Assembly (NCBI RefSeq): GCF_011745625.1
Contig: NW_027191458.1
Location: 806,001-870,000 of the forward strand
Direction of reading: 5' to 3'
Length of the DNA stretch: 64,000 bases
Source of the DNA: Cladosporium halotolerans
Taxonomy: Eukaryota
The position numbers and the translations under genes are program-made. Numbering within the stretch: position 1 is the first letter of the stretch; each line of letters begins with the position of its first letter. Below, one piece after another: positions 1 to 13,083 of the stretch. A model generated the notes under the pieces. The model worked only from the letters and a program-made list of their open reading frames with translations, ran no database searches and was not told the origin of the DNA.

Positions 1-3000
1 AAGTCGTCTGCCACGGGTTTGAAGATTGCCATCCGCCTCGTGCTCAGCGAGACCAGGATTCTGCTAGATCCGACCTTTGAGGGGAGACCGACTGCGCTCT
101 TCATGGCGTTCGCGAGCTTCGGCTGGAGTTCCTGCATCGTCTCGTCGTCTACCAAGTCGAGGCATCGTTCGATGGCTTCCATGATCGGGCTGCTTCGTAC
201 GCTTGACAGTCTCATGTCGTCGATCTTCTGCTCTGTGAGGTTGTATTTTGAAGCATTGAGGTGAATGTAGTTGACTGCCTCAGGCTCCAGCGAGCTGAGC
301 AAGCCGACCAAGCGCTCCACCAGCTCAGGAATAAAAGGCCGCAGCGTCTTGCCGTTGCTCTTCTTGACGATCTCGAGAAGCGTCCGAACAGCGAAGCCTT
401 GCACTTCCTGCGCACTCGACTCCATTCCTGACGGCGAGAGAAGGAACGGCAAGACGTGCTTAAGCATGCTGGAGGCCGTCTTTGTAGAAGAATGGTCAGC
501 CTCCAGCGCGCGAGTCAGAATGCCCGTGAGCGTCCTCGCCAGAGACGCAGCAGCCGCTCGCACCGACTCCTTGATGTCGTCGAGCACCTTGAAACAGCAG
601 TTCCAGATCCTCTCCAGGTAAGGCTCGTATTTCTCCATCGATCGCCCTTGCACCAAGTCCGCGATCGCCGCGCAACTGGCCTGTCGCGTGCGCCACTCCT
701 TGCCCAGAATGCTCGCCAGCAGATCTTCCATGATGGCGTCGAAGTGCTTTTCAATTGTCGTAGACGAGTCCTTTACCAGCGCGTTCCAAATGTCATTCAT
801 CGATCTCTGCACGCCCTGGTTGGGATCGAACCTGTAGCGGAAGAGCTTGGGGTACAGCTTCGGGTTGTCGGCCAGGTACCCGTCGACGCTCGAGTCCGAG
901 AGCACGTTGCTCAGACCGAAACGTCCAAACGCTGCGCGACTCGACCAGATCGCGTTCGAAGACGCCATCGACATGAATCTGTAGACCAAGCTTGAATCGC
1001 CGACCTCGGACGCCAGGCTCATGATGTCCTTGTATGTAGAGACGGAGCCATCTCCAGTGGGCAAGGCGCCGGGCTCGAACAGCTGCGTGTCTGCCGACAC
1101 AGTGCCCGCAAGGCCAGTCTGCTTGTCCGACGAGAACGAAGAAACCAGATCGCGGACGAGATCGTCCTTAAGCTTCCTGTCGCCCTTCTCATACACCAGC
1201 CCCAAACCCCTCGACGCAGTCTCCTGCACCAGCTCATCGCGATCCGTAAGACAGCGCTTGAACGCGATCTGAATCGGCCCCAGCCGGTCCTGAATCTCCC
1301 TCTGCTCGCCGCAGAACTGCAGCAGACACAGCAACCACATCGCCGCAGCCTTCTTCAGAGACGGCTTTGTCTGCGCGCAGTCCTTGATAAACCGATCTGC
1401 CAGCCTCGTCAGCGTCGCCTCCCGCTCCGGCCCCGTCGGCACAGGCCCCTCGACGTCCACCTTCGCCGCGAGCGCGCTCGACGCCCACCCCGAAGCCACG
1501 TAGCTGAACGCCTCACCGACGCCAAAGTGCACCTCCGCCTGCTTGACCTCGTGCAGCTTGTGCAGCTGCTCGATGACGTAGTCGAGGTCGCTCTGCTCGT
1601 CGCTTTGAGAGGCCTTCTCGTCGAGCACCATGGAGATCTGGCCCAGGCACAGCGTCGCCTGCTCGTTGCCCGCTTTCGCGACTTCGTAGACTTTGTCGAC
1701 GGTTTTCCTGATCGTCTCGGTGTCCGGCACGAACGCGCCGAACATGCAGAGCTGGCCGAGCGCGGTGAAGCAGGCTTCTTTGAGCAGGGAGTCTTTGACG
1801 GTGGAGAGGGTTTCGAGGAGGAGGGGCAGGAAGGAGGTGTACGATGGGTCGGATTTGAGGGCGGCTTCGTCCCTGTAGCAGGCGCGGGCGAAGAAGAAGC
1901 CGAGGGTTGTGATGGCGCCGTGGACTTGGTTGGCTTGCGCTCCGACGGCGGTCTCCCAGGAGCGTGCTTTCTCTAGCAGTTTTGCGAGGTGCGATTGGAC
2001 TGTGCTTGTGCTCGCGGCAGGGTGCGTTGCGATGATCGCGTAGGCGTGAGCAGCTGCGTCGCGAGCGTTGTGGTTGTTGGAGAAGATCGAGGGCAGCAAT
2101 TGGTCGACGAACGGTGTAAGCTTCTTCACCATACTGTCAGAGGCAAGAGAGAGGAACTCCACGAGATGATCCTGAGGCGCGTTCGGGTCGCCTGCGACGC
2201 CTTCGAAAAGAGCGCATTCTAGGATCGTCAATGCCTGCCCGTGCTTCTCACTGACAGTCTTCATGTGACTCTTGATCGAAGTCCTCGCTGTGTCGTCGCT
2301 CTCGGCTGATGCATCGAGTCTGCGCTCCCACTCCTGATCCATGTTCGGTGGATTGCCCGCCGCGGTGAGCGCCTCGTTGAACAGGATCCGGCGGGCAAAA
2401 GCAGCCATGTGAGCGAAGCAGTGCTTGTGCCTCTTGTTCGCGTTCTTGGCTACCGCCATTGCTTCGGCGTCTGAGTCGACTGTTCTTCCGGTGAAGAATT
2501 CTTCGATCACCGCGTTGAAGGCAGGGTAATCTATGGGCTCTCCGCCGGCGATGGCCGAAGAACCGTTGAGCATGCAGTACCAGTAGGGACTGAGACCACG
2601 CTCGGACTCTTCAACAAGCTCCATGCGCTCGCCTCGCGCACCGATGCCGAGGATGTCTACCCATCTCGCTTTGACAGAGCTGAAAGGTAAGCACCTGTTG
2701 GCAAAGCGCACAGCGACATAGCGCGTGCTGCGTAGTCGCTTGTTGCCTTCGAGATCGGACGAGAGATCCATCTGCTCGATCAAAAGGTCTTCCAAAACAG
2801 ACTGCTCGTGCGGCTTGAACGCTAAACGAGCCGTGGCGCTGAGTAACGTGGACAGAGATTCTTCGATGCTCACAATGATAGCATTGCCAGATGTATCCTG
2901 CGCTAAAGAGCTGAAGAGCCAGCGCAGAAGATCGAAGGCCGTCGCCTCTGTCTCAACTAACAGCTCGCGTGGGCCTGCTTTTGCTAATAGGCCGATCACT

Positions 3001-4343
3001 TCGTAAGCGTAGCCGCGGGATACTAGATCCTCGTTGCCGCCGACTCTGGGCCAGCCTTGGTTCTCGATGAAGTCTCGCAATCTCGAGACGACTCGAGGTG
3101 CGATTGCATGTAAGGTTTCTTCTCCGCCGTATCTGGCGACAAAGTTGATGTATGCGAAGACGGCTGATCGTAGCTTAGTTGCTTCGCGTCCAATGTTTGC
3201 TCGGTTTCTGAAGATGGTGTCAGTGACGTGTTATTCATACAGATCGCAAATGCCTGCGCATCAATTCGGCCCATAGGTCACTGGCTCCAGACGTATCACT
3301 TACGTTGACTGCATGCCACCCATAGCCGTATCCTCCCCGTCAGACTCAGGGGGTGCCACGCCGTCTTCCACCAGGCTCATGATCTTGTTGGCAAACGTAG
3401 TGCTCCTCGTCGACTTGCCCAAAAGCCCCAGAATCTTCACTCGCAGCGGAGGACGCACCCTCGGCGCCTGTCCCTCGCCAAAATACAACGAAAACAGCTT
3501 ATGCAGTAATTGCTCGTCCTCCAAATCTGTGGCGGGGAGCGTGCGCTTCATCATATCGTCGCCCACATCGCTGATCGTCGAAGCCGCGTCTGCGGACGCG
3601 AAAAGAGCGGGCAGAAAGCGTTCCTTGTCGTTGAACAGGCCGCTGGCGAGAAGTCGTGCGGCTAGGACTTTCGTTCGTAGCAGGTTGAGGCCTCCTTGTG
3701 CCGGGTCCCAGACGCCCGGCTTACCTTGGACCGTGAAGTAGGTGTACTCGTCTGGTGTCAGACCAGGGCACGACTGGCTGGTCGACTTTTGAGGAGAGAA
3801 TAGGATGAACTTCCCGAGCCAGGAGGCCAGATACTCTGCGTCGGCGTCTGACACTTCGTATTTCGTACGAAGCTCTACATCGTCCTTACTGCCGCGGGGA
3901 GGAAGCTGGAACGTCTCCAGCAACCTCAGAAGAAGATTGAAGATCGCAGGGCCATGGCTACCGCTCTCCGAAATCCCACTAACGACGACAGGCAACAAGG
4001 TGGACTTTTCCGAAAGCGCCAGCCGGTCGATTCCCTGTTGGATGTAGAGCAGATCGAAATGGCGAATCAGCGAGCTCTGCTGGTCCTTGAATTGCTTGAT
4101 GAGAGCCGCCACGGGCAATTGGATCGACTCCGGCTTGACTCGCGTGTTGATGTGCTGGCACACTGTGATGACTTTGTTGCGAACGCTTTGGTGCTCTGAC
4201 GCCAGCTTGAGGAGTAGTGGTGCCAGGTATGTCTTGAGCGATGAAACGAGTTTGGCGTCGGTGTCGGCGAGCGCTATTCTCATTTCCACTTTGCCGACGA
4301 GAGACAGCTCTCGCTGTTCTGGCGAGGGTTCGTTGGCGGCCAT
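1..4343 (-). CDS. ECM29: Proteasome adaptor/scaffold Ecm29 (HEAT-repeat protein); 3' part runs off the window start
   Basis: N-terminus RELSLVGKVEMRIALADTDAKL..LKTYLAPLLLKLAS..VRNKVITVCQHINTR is the Ecm29 N-terminal motif. Exon 1 is 4343-3304. The intron 3303-3208 (GTAAGT..CTGAC..CAG, 96 nt) joins in frame to ..NIGREATKLRSAVFAYINF.. Exon 2 appears to continue to the window edge (it is missing from the ORF track, consistent with no stop in the window). Confidence 0.92.
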
Positions 4344-4886
4344 GTTGGGAATGAGGTTTGTCGCTAGGTGTGTTCGCTGTCTGGTCTATGCCACAGGATG
4401 CTGGGTGGTGACCAGTTGCCGAATTAGGAAGTAGTGGTCGTTCAGATCGTTATCATTGCTGGTATTTCGGAAATTTAAAGTGAGTGGATGTTTGTGCGCT
4501 TTGGTGACTCTCGGAATGTTACTTTATTTGTTCAGCAAAGAGGCGATTTGGACGTCCTCACATAAACCAGACGGTGAACTTCCACAGACGCCACCTTCAC
4601 GTGCGCGTAATCCATGCTGCCTGCCCAGCGGCGCGGATGTGAAACGTCCACCGTTCGCCGGCTGGCCCCGGGCGTCAGGGTCCCGGAGACGGGCGACCAC
4701 CAAGGCACGCCAGACAAAGAACACGCCGCTAATCTGGCCTCGACGACCAGCACCCTTGTCTACGCCGAGAGATGACGATACGAAACACCACTATCCCCTA
4801 ATAATCGATCTTTACCACCTCCCCGTGGTACAAGCATCTCATTCATTCCATCGCTCCACCAACCTTCATTCACAACAGCAGCAGCC

Positions 4887-5579
4887 ATGGCCGGCCCAGG
4901 CGCTTCAAGACGCTACATCATCATCCTCCTCACAGCCTCCGTCCTCGCCGGCTACCTCTTCGTCTCCATCTTCCGTGGCCACCCACCGGGCACCCACGCG
5001 CCGCAACAGCTCGCCTTCTCACAATCCCACGGGCCCGCCGCCGCGCCCGCCGCCGCCGCCCAACTCGATGGCCACTCCATCATGCCCAAACTAGGCAACG
5101 AAACCGCGAAAGCCGAGCTCGGGCGCGCGACCTGGAAGTACTTCCACACGGTGATGGCGCGGTTCCCGGACAAGCCCAGCGCGGACGAGAGCGCGGCGCT
5201 CAAGAGCTACATCCACCTGTTCCAGCGCCTGTACCCGTGCGGCGAGTGCAGCGAGCACTTCCGCGCGATCCTGGAGAAGTTCCCGCCGCAGACGTCGTCG
5301 CGGTCGGCGGCGGCGGTCTGGGCGTGCCATGTGCACAACGAGGTCAATAAGAGCTTGGGCAAGGAGGTGTTTGATTGTGCGAATATTGGCGATTTCTACG
5401 ATTGCGGGTGCGCGGAGGATGGGGATGCGAAGTGGGCGGAGGGAGAGAGCGGGGCGCCTTCTGGTAAGGCGGATATTAGCAAGGAGCGGTTGGAGGAGAT
5501 CTCGGGCACGAATGGGAGGGATTTTAATATGGATCTGTTGAAGGAGGATCAGGTGTTGAAGGCGGAGAAGGAAGGGTAG
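4887..5579 (+). CDS. ERV2: Erv1/Alr-family FAD-linked sulfhydryl oxidase, ER type
   Basis: N-terminal signal anchor; ELGRATWKYFH; redox motif YPCGECSEHF; WACHVHNEVNKSLGK..FDC; C-terminal YDCGC shuttle motif. Intronless. Confidence 0.93.
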   Translation: MAGPGASRRYIIILLTASVLAGYLFVSIFRGHPPGTHAPQQLAFSQSHGPAAAPAAAAQLDGHSIMPKLGNETAKAELGRATWKYFHTVMARFPDKPSADESAALKSYIHLFQRLYPCGECSEHFRAILEKFPPQTSSRSAAAVWACHVHNEVNKSLGKEVFDCANIGDFYDCGCAEDGDAKWAEGESGAPSGKADISKERLEEISGTNGRDFNMDLLKEDQVLKAEKEG

Positions 5580-7654
5580 GCGCTTGGTTTGTTGTTGAGG
5601 CAATCTTTTTGGGTTGGCAGGGAGCCCATGTTGACATCGGACGGTTGATCGGTTGCATAGCGAAGGCGTTTGGGATATTTCTTGGGTATGGGATTGTACT
5701 ACCAGCATATGCGTCGCGTCACTCACGATCTCCTACAACGAATAGTGTATCTCTCAGTGACACGCTATTGCGTTTCGCAGACCTACGTAGATGGCCTAAG
5801 CCACTCTATACACCCTGCGAAGATCACAGGACAGATCGACGGCCGGACAGCATCGCGAATGCGCTTGGCTTTGGCATTGCGGATGTGGCTTGAGGCCGCG
5901 GTCAATGGGAAGTGTCCACGCTATGCACCAAGTTGTACATGACGACATAGCGCCTCAGTACATAGATGGAGGACGATCTAAAGGCATGTACTCCTACCAT
6001 CTCGGAGCTGTCTCCTTCCTAGCGAAATCGTCATGTACTTCTGGGTGAAGGTCACAGTACGACGCGCCGCTGCAGATGAGTTGAGCCTCAGGTTCGAGGT
6101 GCTCGGCCTACGCTATCGGGCGATATTCGGCTGTTTGCTATTGCATAGTGCATGTGAGATACGATGGTCGCCCTCATCGGCATCGCTAAGGCGCACATTG
6201 CGCGAACACGTTTCACGTGAAGGTAGCCGTTGCTGCATTCTCGGGGCGTGGTAGCGGTGTGTCTGAACTACTGCCTGGCTCAGGGTGTCGAGATGGCTGG
6301 TAGTGATGGCGACTGGCTGTATTGGCGAGGCCGCGAGTCGTGCTAGTGGATCTGGCGTGGGATGGCTTGGGGAGGTGCAAGCGCGCAGGCCGGTGAGATG
6401 ACAGCAGATAGGCGGGCCCAGGCAGCTTATCGTATGGCGCAACGAGCAGCATGCTGAGCATGTACCCCAGACTGCCAGGGCGCGGTGCGGAGAGATAAAG
6501 GGAGGTGTGGTGGTTGGGGATGGGAGATGAGGGGTTCGGAGTGTGACAAGAGCACGGCGCACACAACTTCATGCGTCCCCGTCCAAGGCAGGCAATGCAT
6601 TGTGTGGTCGGGCCGGTGAGGGGCGACCGTGATGGCTCTGTTGGCTCGCTGCAGCCGGCGATTGATGTGGCAGCAAACGAGACAGGGCGCACGCACGTGT
6701 CGCTGCAAGACACCGGGCAGCTGAGGAGAGGCGCGACGCGATGCTGCCACTGGCCAGATAGCGGAGCAGGTCATCAGTCGCTGGTGGGCGGGTGTGATGG
6801 ATGACCTCTGCTCTGCGCCGCCGTGGAGGGCGATGACGCCTTGCCCGCGTCTGGCAGCGACAGTGCGGTCTGACTATGGCGATGCCGAAGCATGCACGGT
6901 ATGGGGGTGACGACGCAGGCGAGTTCTCTCCGACAAGAAGGGCGAGGCGGCGTAGATGAGCATGTATATCCTCCACCGGGTAACTTGTAACTAGGTAGCA
7001 TCGGCGGCACCTGTATGGCTCCACCGCGCCAGGTACCTGTAGGTACAGCTGGACGGCGCGCCTCAGGCAGGCAGGCAGGCACTCCAGGCCCTCGCTGAAC
7101 CGCGGGCGGCTGCAGCGCTGATAGGCAACGCGCGAGCTCCAGGCTCGCGCACGTCACATCACCCAGTGCTGCTTCGACGGCGTAAGTACCTACCTTGCGG
7201 CACCCTCTCGCGCGCGCCCCAGCACCCCAAACCTACCGTGACCTGCGAACCACCTCCGACGCTGCTAAACCGCATTCCCTTCTCCGTCCGCCCTCCGTTC
7301 ATTATCGCGCATCTTCCGCCATCACCGCCGCCCTCTCCCCCGCACGCTCTCTACCCACCGCTTGCTGGACTGCGGTGGCCGCCCGTGCTCGACGCACCGC
7401 CCTGTGACTCGGTCACCGCGCTCGCCCGACTCATCGCGCGCACGTTACCCTTGCGACATATCACGAGCAGTGCCACGCCTGTCTCACCTGCCGTCCCTAC
7501 CCGTTTCCTGACGTCGCCGCGAAGCCGTCGCCGCTGTTATCCTCTTATCGCCTACCATCGACCCACCCGCAAGCGCCTCAGGGTCCAGCACCTTAGCAAC
7601 CACCGCGCATCGCGTTCACTTCCTCGCAACAAACAACCCAGCGAAATACCGCTC

Positions 7655-7696
7655 ATGCCCCTATCGATCGGAGCGACCTCGCAAGCAATCACTTGA
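7655..7696 (+). promoter_or_regulatory. Candidate 13-codon uORF (MPLSIGATSQAIT*) in the ATG1 leader
   Basis: ATG at 7655 and TGA ending at 7696, 80 nt before the ATG1 start. It is only relevant if the transcription start lies upstream, which the sequence cannot show. Confidence 0.35.
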
Positions 7697-7776
7697 ACAG
7701 CACAAATTGCAAGAGTTGATACAGGAAGGCGCACGACAAACAAATAGAGGCGGCGCAGTCCGCGATCACATCGACC

Positions 7777-10700
7777 ATGGCTACACCGAGGGCGCCTCCC
7801 GCTGCTGTCGGCCGCCGCCCACCACCGCCGCCGAACCCAGAGCAGCCTCCTGATGAGGTTATCGGCGAATTCAGAAGAGGCAAGGAGATCGGAAAGGGGA
7901 GCTTTGCGACAGTTTACCTCGCTCAACACAGGGTATGTCTGACGTGCTTTCTCGAAGGCGAGCACCATCATGGTGTAGTCTCAATCGAGAATCCGATCCG
8001 ACGAACTCTAATGATCGTACGCATCGCTAACACACATCACAGAAGAAGAAGTCCTATGCCGCCGTCAAGGTCGTTCAAATGTCCAAGCTCACGAAGAAAC
8101 TCAAAGAGAACCTCGACACCGAGATTAGCATTCTGAAGAGCCTACAGCATCCGCACATCGTCGCCATGTTCAGCCTCGTTGAGAAACCCGTGCACATCTA
8201 CCTCATCATGGAGTACTGTCAGCTTTCGGACCTGTCGCAATTCATGAAGAAGCGCAGTACGTTGACGAACTGGCCCGAAACGGCCGAGATCTTCAAGAAG
8301 TACCCCAACCCGCCTGTTGGAGGATTGAACGAAGTCCTGGCCCGTCACTTTCTCAAACAGATTGCCAGCGCGCTCGAATACCTGCGTGGTAGGAACCTCA
8401 TCCATCGCGATATCAAGCCCCAGAACTTGCTCCTCAATCCGTCGCCGACCTACATGTCGAGGCAGCCGCCGGAAGACGTCCCGCTCGCCGCAAGTGAACA
8501 TTCATTGGTACCCACTGTCGGCGTCGCATCACTGCCTATGCTAAAGATTGCCGACTTCGGGTTCGCTCGCCACTTGCCGTCAACCTCGATGGCCGAAACC
8601 CTTTGCGGATCTCCCCTGTACATGGCTCCCGAAATACTCCGCTACGAGAAATACGATGCACGCGCCGATCTTTGGTCCGTCGGTACGGTGCTCTACGAAA
8701 TGGTTGTCGGCAAGCCTCCGTTCAGAGCTCAGAATCACGTTGAACTCTTGCGTAAGATTGAGAAGATCAACGATGTTATCACCTTTGACAAGGCTATCAG
8801 CATTGGTCGTGACATGAAGACTGTGATACGCAAGCTACTTAAGAAGAGCCCGCTCGATCGCGTGTCATACGAGGACTTCTTCCAGGATCCAGTCATCACT
8901 GGCGAAATCCCAGGTCTTGTTGGCGAAGACCGTCCGCAGACGAAGGTCAGGCCGACACCCGATCCTGAGGTCTCTGAGCTTAGTAGACGGATGGCCAAAC
9001 AAGCGATCAACGCGCCTGCGCAAGACATGCCTGCAGCAGAGGCTACTAGCCACGCAACAGGTCCGCGGGAGGAGGCAGGCGAACGCATTTCTTCGAGGAG
9101 GCCCTCCATTCAAGATGTGAAGCCGCCTTCTGCGGAAGATGTTCAGCGCAGGAGATCATCAGGAGGCTACGGTCAGACAACGACTGCGCCGCGTGACATT
9201 CAAAGGCAGCAGCCGAGTCAACGTGAGCGCCGTCCCAGCATCGTAGCCCACGCTACCGCGCCGGGCCGTCAAGAGCTATACGGCGTGCCTTCCAATCCAG
9301 CGCCGAGTACTTCGACGGGTCAGAGGCTCGAGCGCCGTGCTTCTCGTGCATCACCTTTGTCCGGCCCGCCTATGGTGCGTGAACAGAGCGTCGAAGCAGG
9401 AAAGGCTCAAGGCGAGCGTGCGGCGGCACGTGTTGGCAGGGATAAGACGGCGCAGGACATTGCCTTTGAGAAAGAGTACGTTGTAATCGAAAAGCGTCAG
9501 GTCGAGGTGAACGCCTTCGCCGACGAACTGGACGCCAACGCGCAACGTGGCACCTCTCAGCCGCAGGGTACGATGATCCGCCGGGCAACTACTCAAGGTC
9601 AACCCAACTCTGCCACCGGAGCCCAGCCGTCTAGTCCGTCGCGCGGTATGCAAATCATGACCGGGAGAACGCCTCACCAACGCACTGGCTCTTACGAAAG
9701 ACGCTACGTGCCTTCTCCTCAGTCTGCGACGAACATGCTCACCAAGGCCCTGAACGCGGCCAATGTTCGTCTCTTCGGTGCTCTAGGTACCTCACCGCCC
9801 TTCGGCAAAGGAGCATCTCCACCGCGTGGATACGGTGCTTACCCTACTTACCCGGCCTCTCAGTCACCTCTGATGCTCGGAGACGGCAATGAAACTAAGG
9901 TGCCTCTGGACGAAGACACTAAGATCGTCAGGATCGTGGAAGAGGCCGGCCACCGGAGCGATGTTGTCTTTGGCTTCGCTGAAGTCAAGTATCGCCAACT
10001 GTTGCCCGCGACGCCTTCCGCGCAGGACGGACTCGGAATTCAGCAGATCGGCAATCCTGAGGGTCCGACTGACGGCTCTGAGACAGAAGAAGACAAGGAC
10101 ATGACTACCATCGCCATTGTGGGCGTTGCCGAGGAGGCTCTGGTCCTCTACGTCAAGACTCTGTCAATCCTCGCCAAGACTATCGATCTTGCGGGTTTCT
10201 GGTGGAGCAAGCAGCAGAGCCGCAGCGGCGACAGCGCGAGTGCATCTCCCCGCTCAAGTCCTGGACCTTCGTCAGATACGAGCAAGCGCATGAATAACGT
10301 CGTACAGTGGGCCCGCAGCCGCTTCAATGAGTGTCTCGAGAAGTCGGAGATCGTCGGTCGTCGTTTGGTCGAGGCTCAGAAGAAGCTGCCCGCCGACCAC
10401 CCTGGAAATCCAGACAATCGGCCCACAGCTTCAGGCGCAAGCGGCACTGGCGCAGCAATCAGCACATCTCGTGATCAAATCCAGCTCATCACCGATGTCA
10501 CCGCGGAGAAGCTCATGTTCGAGCGCGCCGTCGAGATGAGCCGCGCTTCGGCGCTCAATGAGCTCGTTGGCGGAGATGAATTGGCAGACTGCGAGCTGGG
10601 CTACGTTACTAGCATCATGCTGTTCGAAGCTGTCTTGGAGAGCGAGGATGAACCTCTGATGCGCAAACCCAGCGCGAAGAAGGACGTACCGGCCGACAAG

Positions 10701-11057
10701 GGCGTTGTCGGCTTGGAAGGCGAGGAGCGGGCCACCGTCGTGAAATGTAGGCCCTCATGCGGTTTCCCCTTGATTTTGAAGTTTACTTCAGCTAACCTGT
10801 CCATCACAGTGATCGAAGGCGCCCGCAATCGTTTGTCCATTCTCCGTAAGAAGATGGCTGCTCAACAACAGGCACAGGGACAGCAGACTCAGCAGCAGCA
10901 GCAGCAGTCGACGCAGCCTCCGCACAAGCGCTCCAGCACTTCTTCTGTTTCTGGCTCCATTCCGAAGGCCAGCCCCCTCTCGCAACCTGGCGGACCGAGC
11001 TCCATGGCTGGCACTGGCTCTCCATCTCTCGGCTCCGGAGCATCTCCGCGGCAGTAG
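7777..11057 (+). CDS. ATG1: Autophagy serine/threonine kinase Atg1
   Basis: Exons 7777-7932, 8043-10746, 10810-11057 (introns GTATGT..GCTAAC..CAG and GTAGGC..GCTAAC..CAG). Kinase motifs IGKGSFATV, AVK, HRDIKPQNLLL, DFGFAR, AETLCGSPLYMAPE. Atg1-specific EKEYVVIEKRQVEVNAFADEL and C-terminal MIT region EEALVLYVK..VQWARSRFNECLEK. Confidence 0.96.
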
Positions 11058-12162
11058 TAGCAGTCAGCATACGCAACACCTCCTGGCAACACTAGGCCGC
11101 AAAACCATCGACGAGCAGTACAGCGCAGTAGCAGCATTACCGGACCCTGGCGTTCCCTGGTCTCTGGACTGGACACTGTACTCCTTTTTGTTCCTTGAAC
11201 AACACTTTCAATAATCCCTCGGGCGTTTTGCTTTCCAACACCATTGGCTCCAGACTGACAAAGGCGTTTAGTTTGGCTTTCATTCTTGCAGCGTTTTAAT
11301 CAGGACAGACAGACTGGGACCTCACTTTTCTTTTGGGATTAGGATGGACGACCGGACGGACGGCGGGAATACGGAACGATAAACATGACTACCCATGGCG
11401 TGCATGAACTGCCCTGTTGAAGACCACTTTGGCTTTTTACTCTTTTCTCTTCCCTTCTTTGCTTTACCCTCTTTTTGGCTTACTTGCTTCTAGTCTTGCG
11501 GGCTTGCATATGCTGGCGATTGGGGACTCGGAATAGCTGAACTCTTGGACTGGAATCGGAATCGGCGTCTCTCTTGCTTTGGCGGTAGATCCGGGGATGG
11601 GATCGGATTGGATTGGCGTTTGATTCAGGTAGGGTTGATAGCGATGCATCTGCCTGGAATCCAGTTCTAATACTGTGCCGAATCTTCGTTTTTTTGAATG
11701 TCGACTTGAACGTTGTCGTGCTATCCTTGCACGTTCTTCAGTTGATTGAAGTTGCAACGATGCCGTCGATGTGTTTCTGAACTTGGTCTCGCGCTCGATG
11801 GTTCACTGATCTGGTGCCATTCTTACTTTCAAGGTTGGGCTCAGTGGGAACATCCCCAGCTCAATCCTGTCTCAAAGATCATCAATCGCATAATTCCATT
11901 TTTACAAAAAATATCAAAGTAGACACGATAAAGATGCGGTTGGCGTTGCAACAAGGTGGAGCCTTCGGCTTCTTCCGCCCGAACCTTGCGTTCGGCTTAA
12001 GCTGCGGATTAGCAGGGAGTCATTCGAGCCATTGAATTCACTTCGTACATATATCGTTATCTACTAACACAGCAAGTCTTTTTCAATTTTCAAAATCAAA
12101 ACCAGAGTAGAAGCAGAAAAAGAACTACAGACTCCACCAAACGCAACCGACACCACCCAAAA

Positions 12163-13083
12163 ATGGCCCCCTCCCTCCAAGACGCCAAAATCACCTTCAT
12201 CGGCGGCGGCAACATGGCCGCCGCCATCATCGGCGGCCTGCTCGCGCGCAACATCCCCAAGGCCAACATCTCCGTCTCCGAGCCCTGGGACGTCAACCGC
12301 AACAAGCTCGCCGACATGGGCCTGCGCGTCTCCGCTTCCAACACCGAGTTCTCCGCCGAAGCCGACGTCGCCATCCTGGCCGTGAAACCGCAGGTCGCGC
12401 GCGACGTCTGCCGCGAGTTGGGCGAGAGCTGGGGCCAGAAGACGCGCGCGCCGCTGGTCATTTCGATCGCGGCGGGCATTCAGCTCAAGGAGCTTAAGGC
12501 TTGGTTTGGCGCGGGTGGCAAGGCGCCGCCGATCGTCAGGACTATGCCGAACACTCCTGCGCTTGTGGGAGAGGGTGCGAGCGGGCTTTATGCCGATGAG
12601 GATGTTTCGAAGGATGAGAGGGAGTTGACTTCGGCGCTGATGGCGAGTGTGAGCCAGGCGACGGAGTGGGTGAGCGAGGAGAAGCTGTTGGATGTTGTTA
12701 CGGGCATTTCAGGTAAGGCTGGTTTTTCCGCAAGGGCCCAGTCAAACGATCCAAAACTAACATTGGCGTCTTCCTCAGGTTCCGGCCCCGCCTACTTCTT
12801 CATGATGGTCGAGAACCTCATCTCCAGCGCCGTCAGCCAAGGCCTGCCCGTCGAGCAGGCCACCCGTCTCGCGACACAGACCTGCCTTGGTGCTGGCCGC
12901 ATGCTCGTGTCGTCCCCTGAGCAGCCTGAGCAGCTCCGTCGCAACGTTACCAGCCCCAATGGAACGACCCATGCAGCCATCGAGAGCTTCAAGGCCGCGG
13001 GTCTGGAGCAGATGGTCGACCAGGCCGTCAGAGCTGCAGTCAAGCGCAGCGAGGAGCTGGGCCAGGCTATGGCGGACTCTTAG
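12163..13083 (+). CDS. PRO3: Pyrroline-5-carboxylate reductase
   Basis: FIGGGNMAAAI, LAVKPQ, ISIAAGI, RTMPNTPA, VTSPNGTT. Removing the 66-nt intron 12713-12778 (GTAAGG..CTAAC..CAG) restores TGISGSGPAY. Confidence 0.95.
   Translation: MAPSLQDAKITFIGGGNMAAAIIGGLLARNIPKANISVSEPWDVNRNKLADMGLRVSASNTEFSAEADVAILAVKPQVARDVCRELGESWGQKTRAPLVISIAAGIQLKELKAWFGAGGKAPPIVRTMPNTPALVGEGASGLYADEDVSKDERELTSALMASVSQATEWVSEEKLLDVVTGISGKAGFSARAQSNDPKLTLASSSGSGPAYFFMMVENLISSAVSQGLPVEQATRLATQTCLGAGRMLVSSPEQPEQLRRNVTSPNGTTHAAIESFKAAGLEQMVDQAVRAAVKRSEELGQAMADS

Noticed and set aside
3208..3303. ECM29 intron contains an internal CAG and a second GTATGA, suggesting a microexon or nested (stwintron) structure
   Set aside because: The second intron would be only 33 nt and the 13-nt microexon would shift the frame. 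A single 96-nt intron gives the correct frame.
5580..7650. Large gene-free intervals (also 22110-24550, 37900-39300, 41100-43900) with many short ORFs
   Set aside because: I saw no protein motifs, transposase or RT signatures, terminal repeats, tRNA folds or AT-rich RIP tracts. They are best read as long UTRs and promoters, though ncRNAs cannot be excluded.
10862..10910. CAG/CAA poly-Gln tract at the Atg1 C-terminus
   Set aside because: Short, interrupted, and ordinary for disordered tails of fungal proteins.
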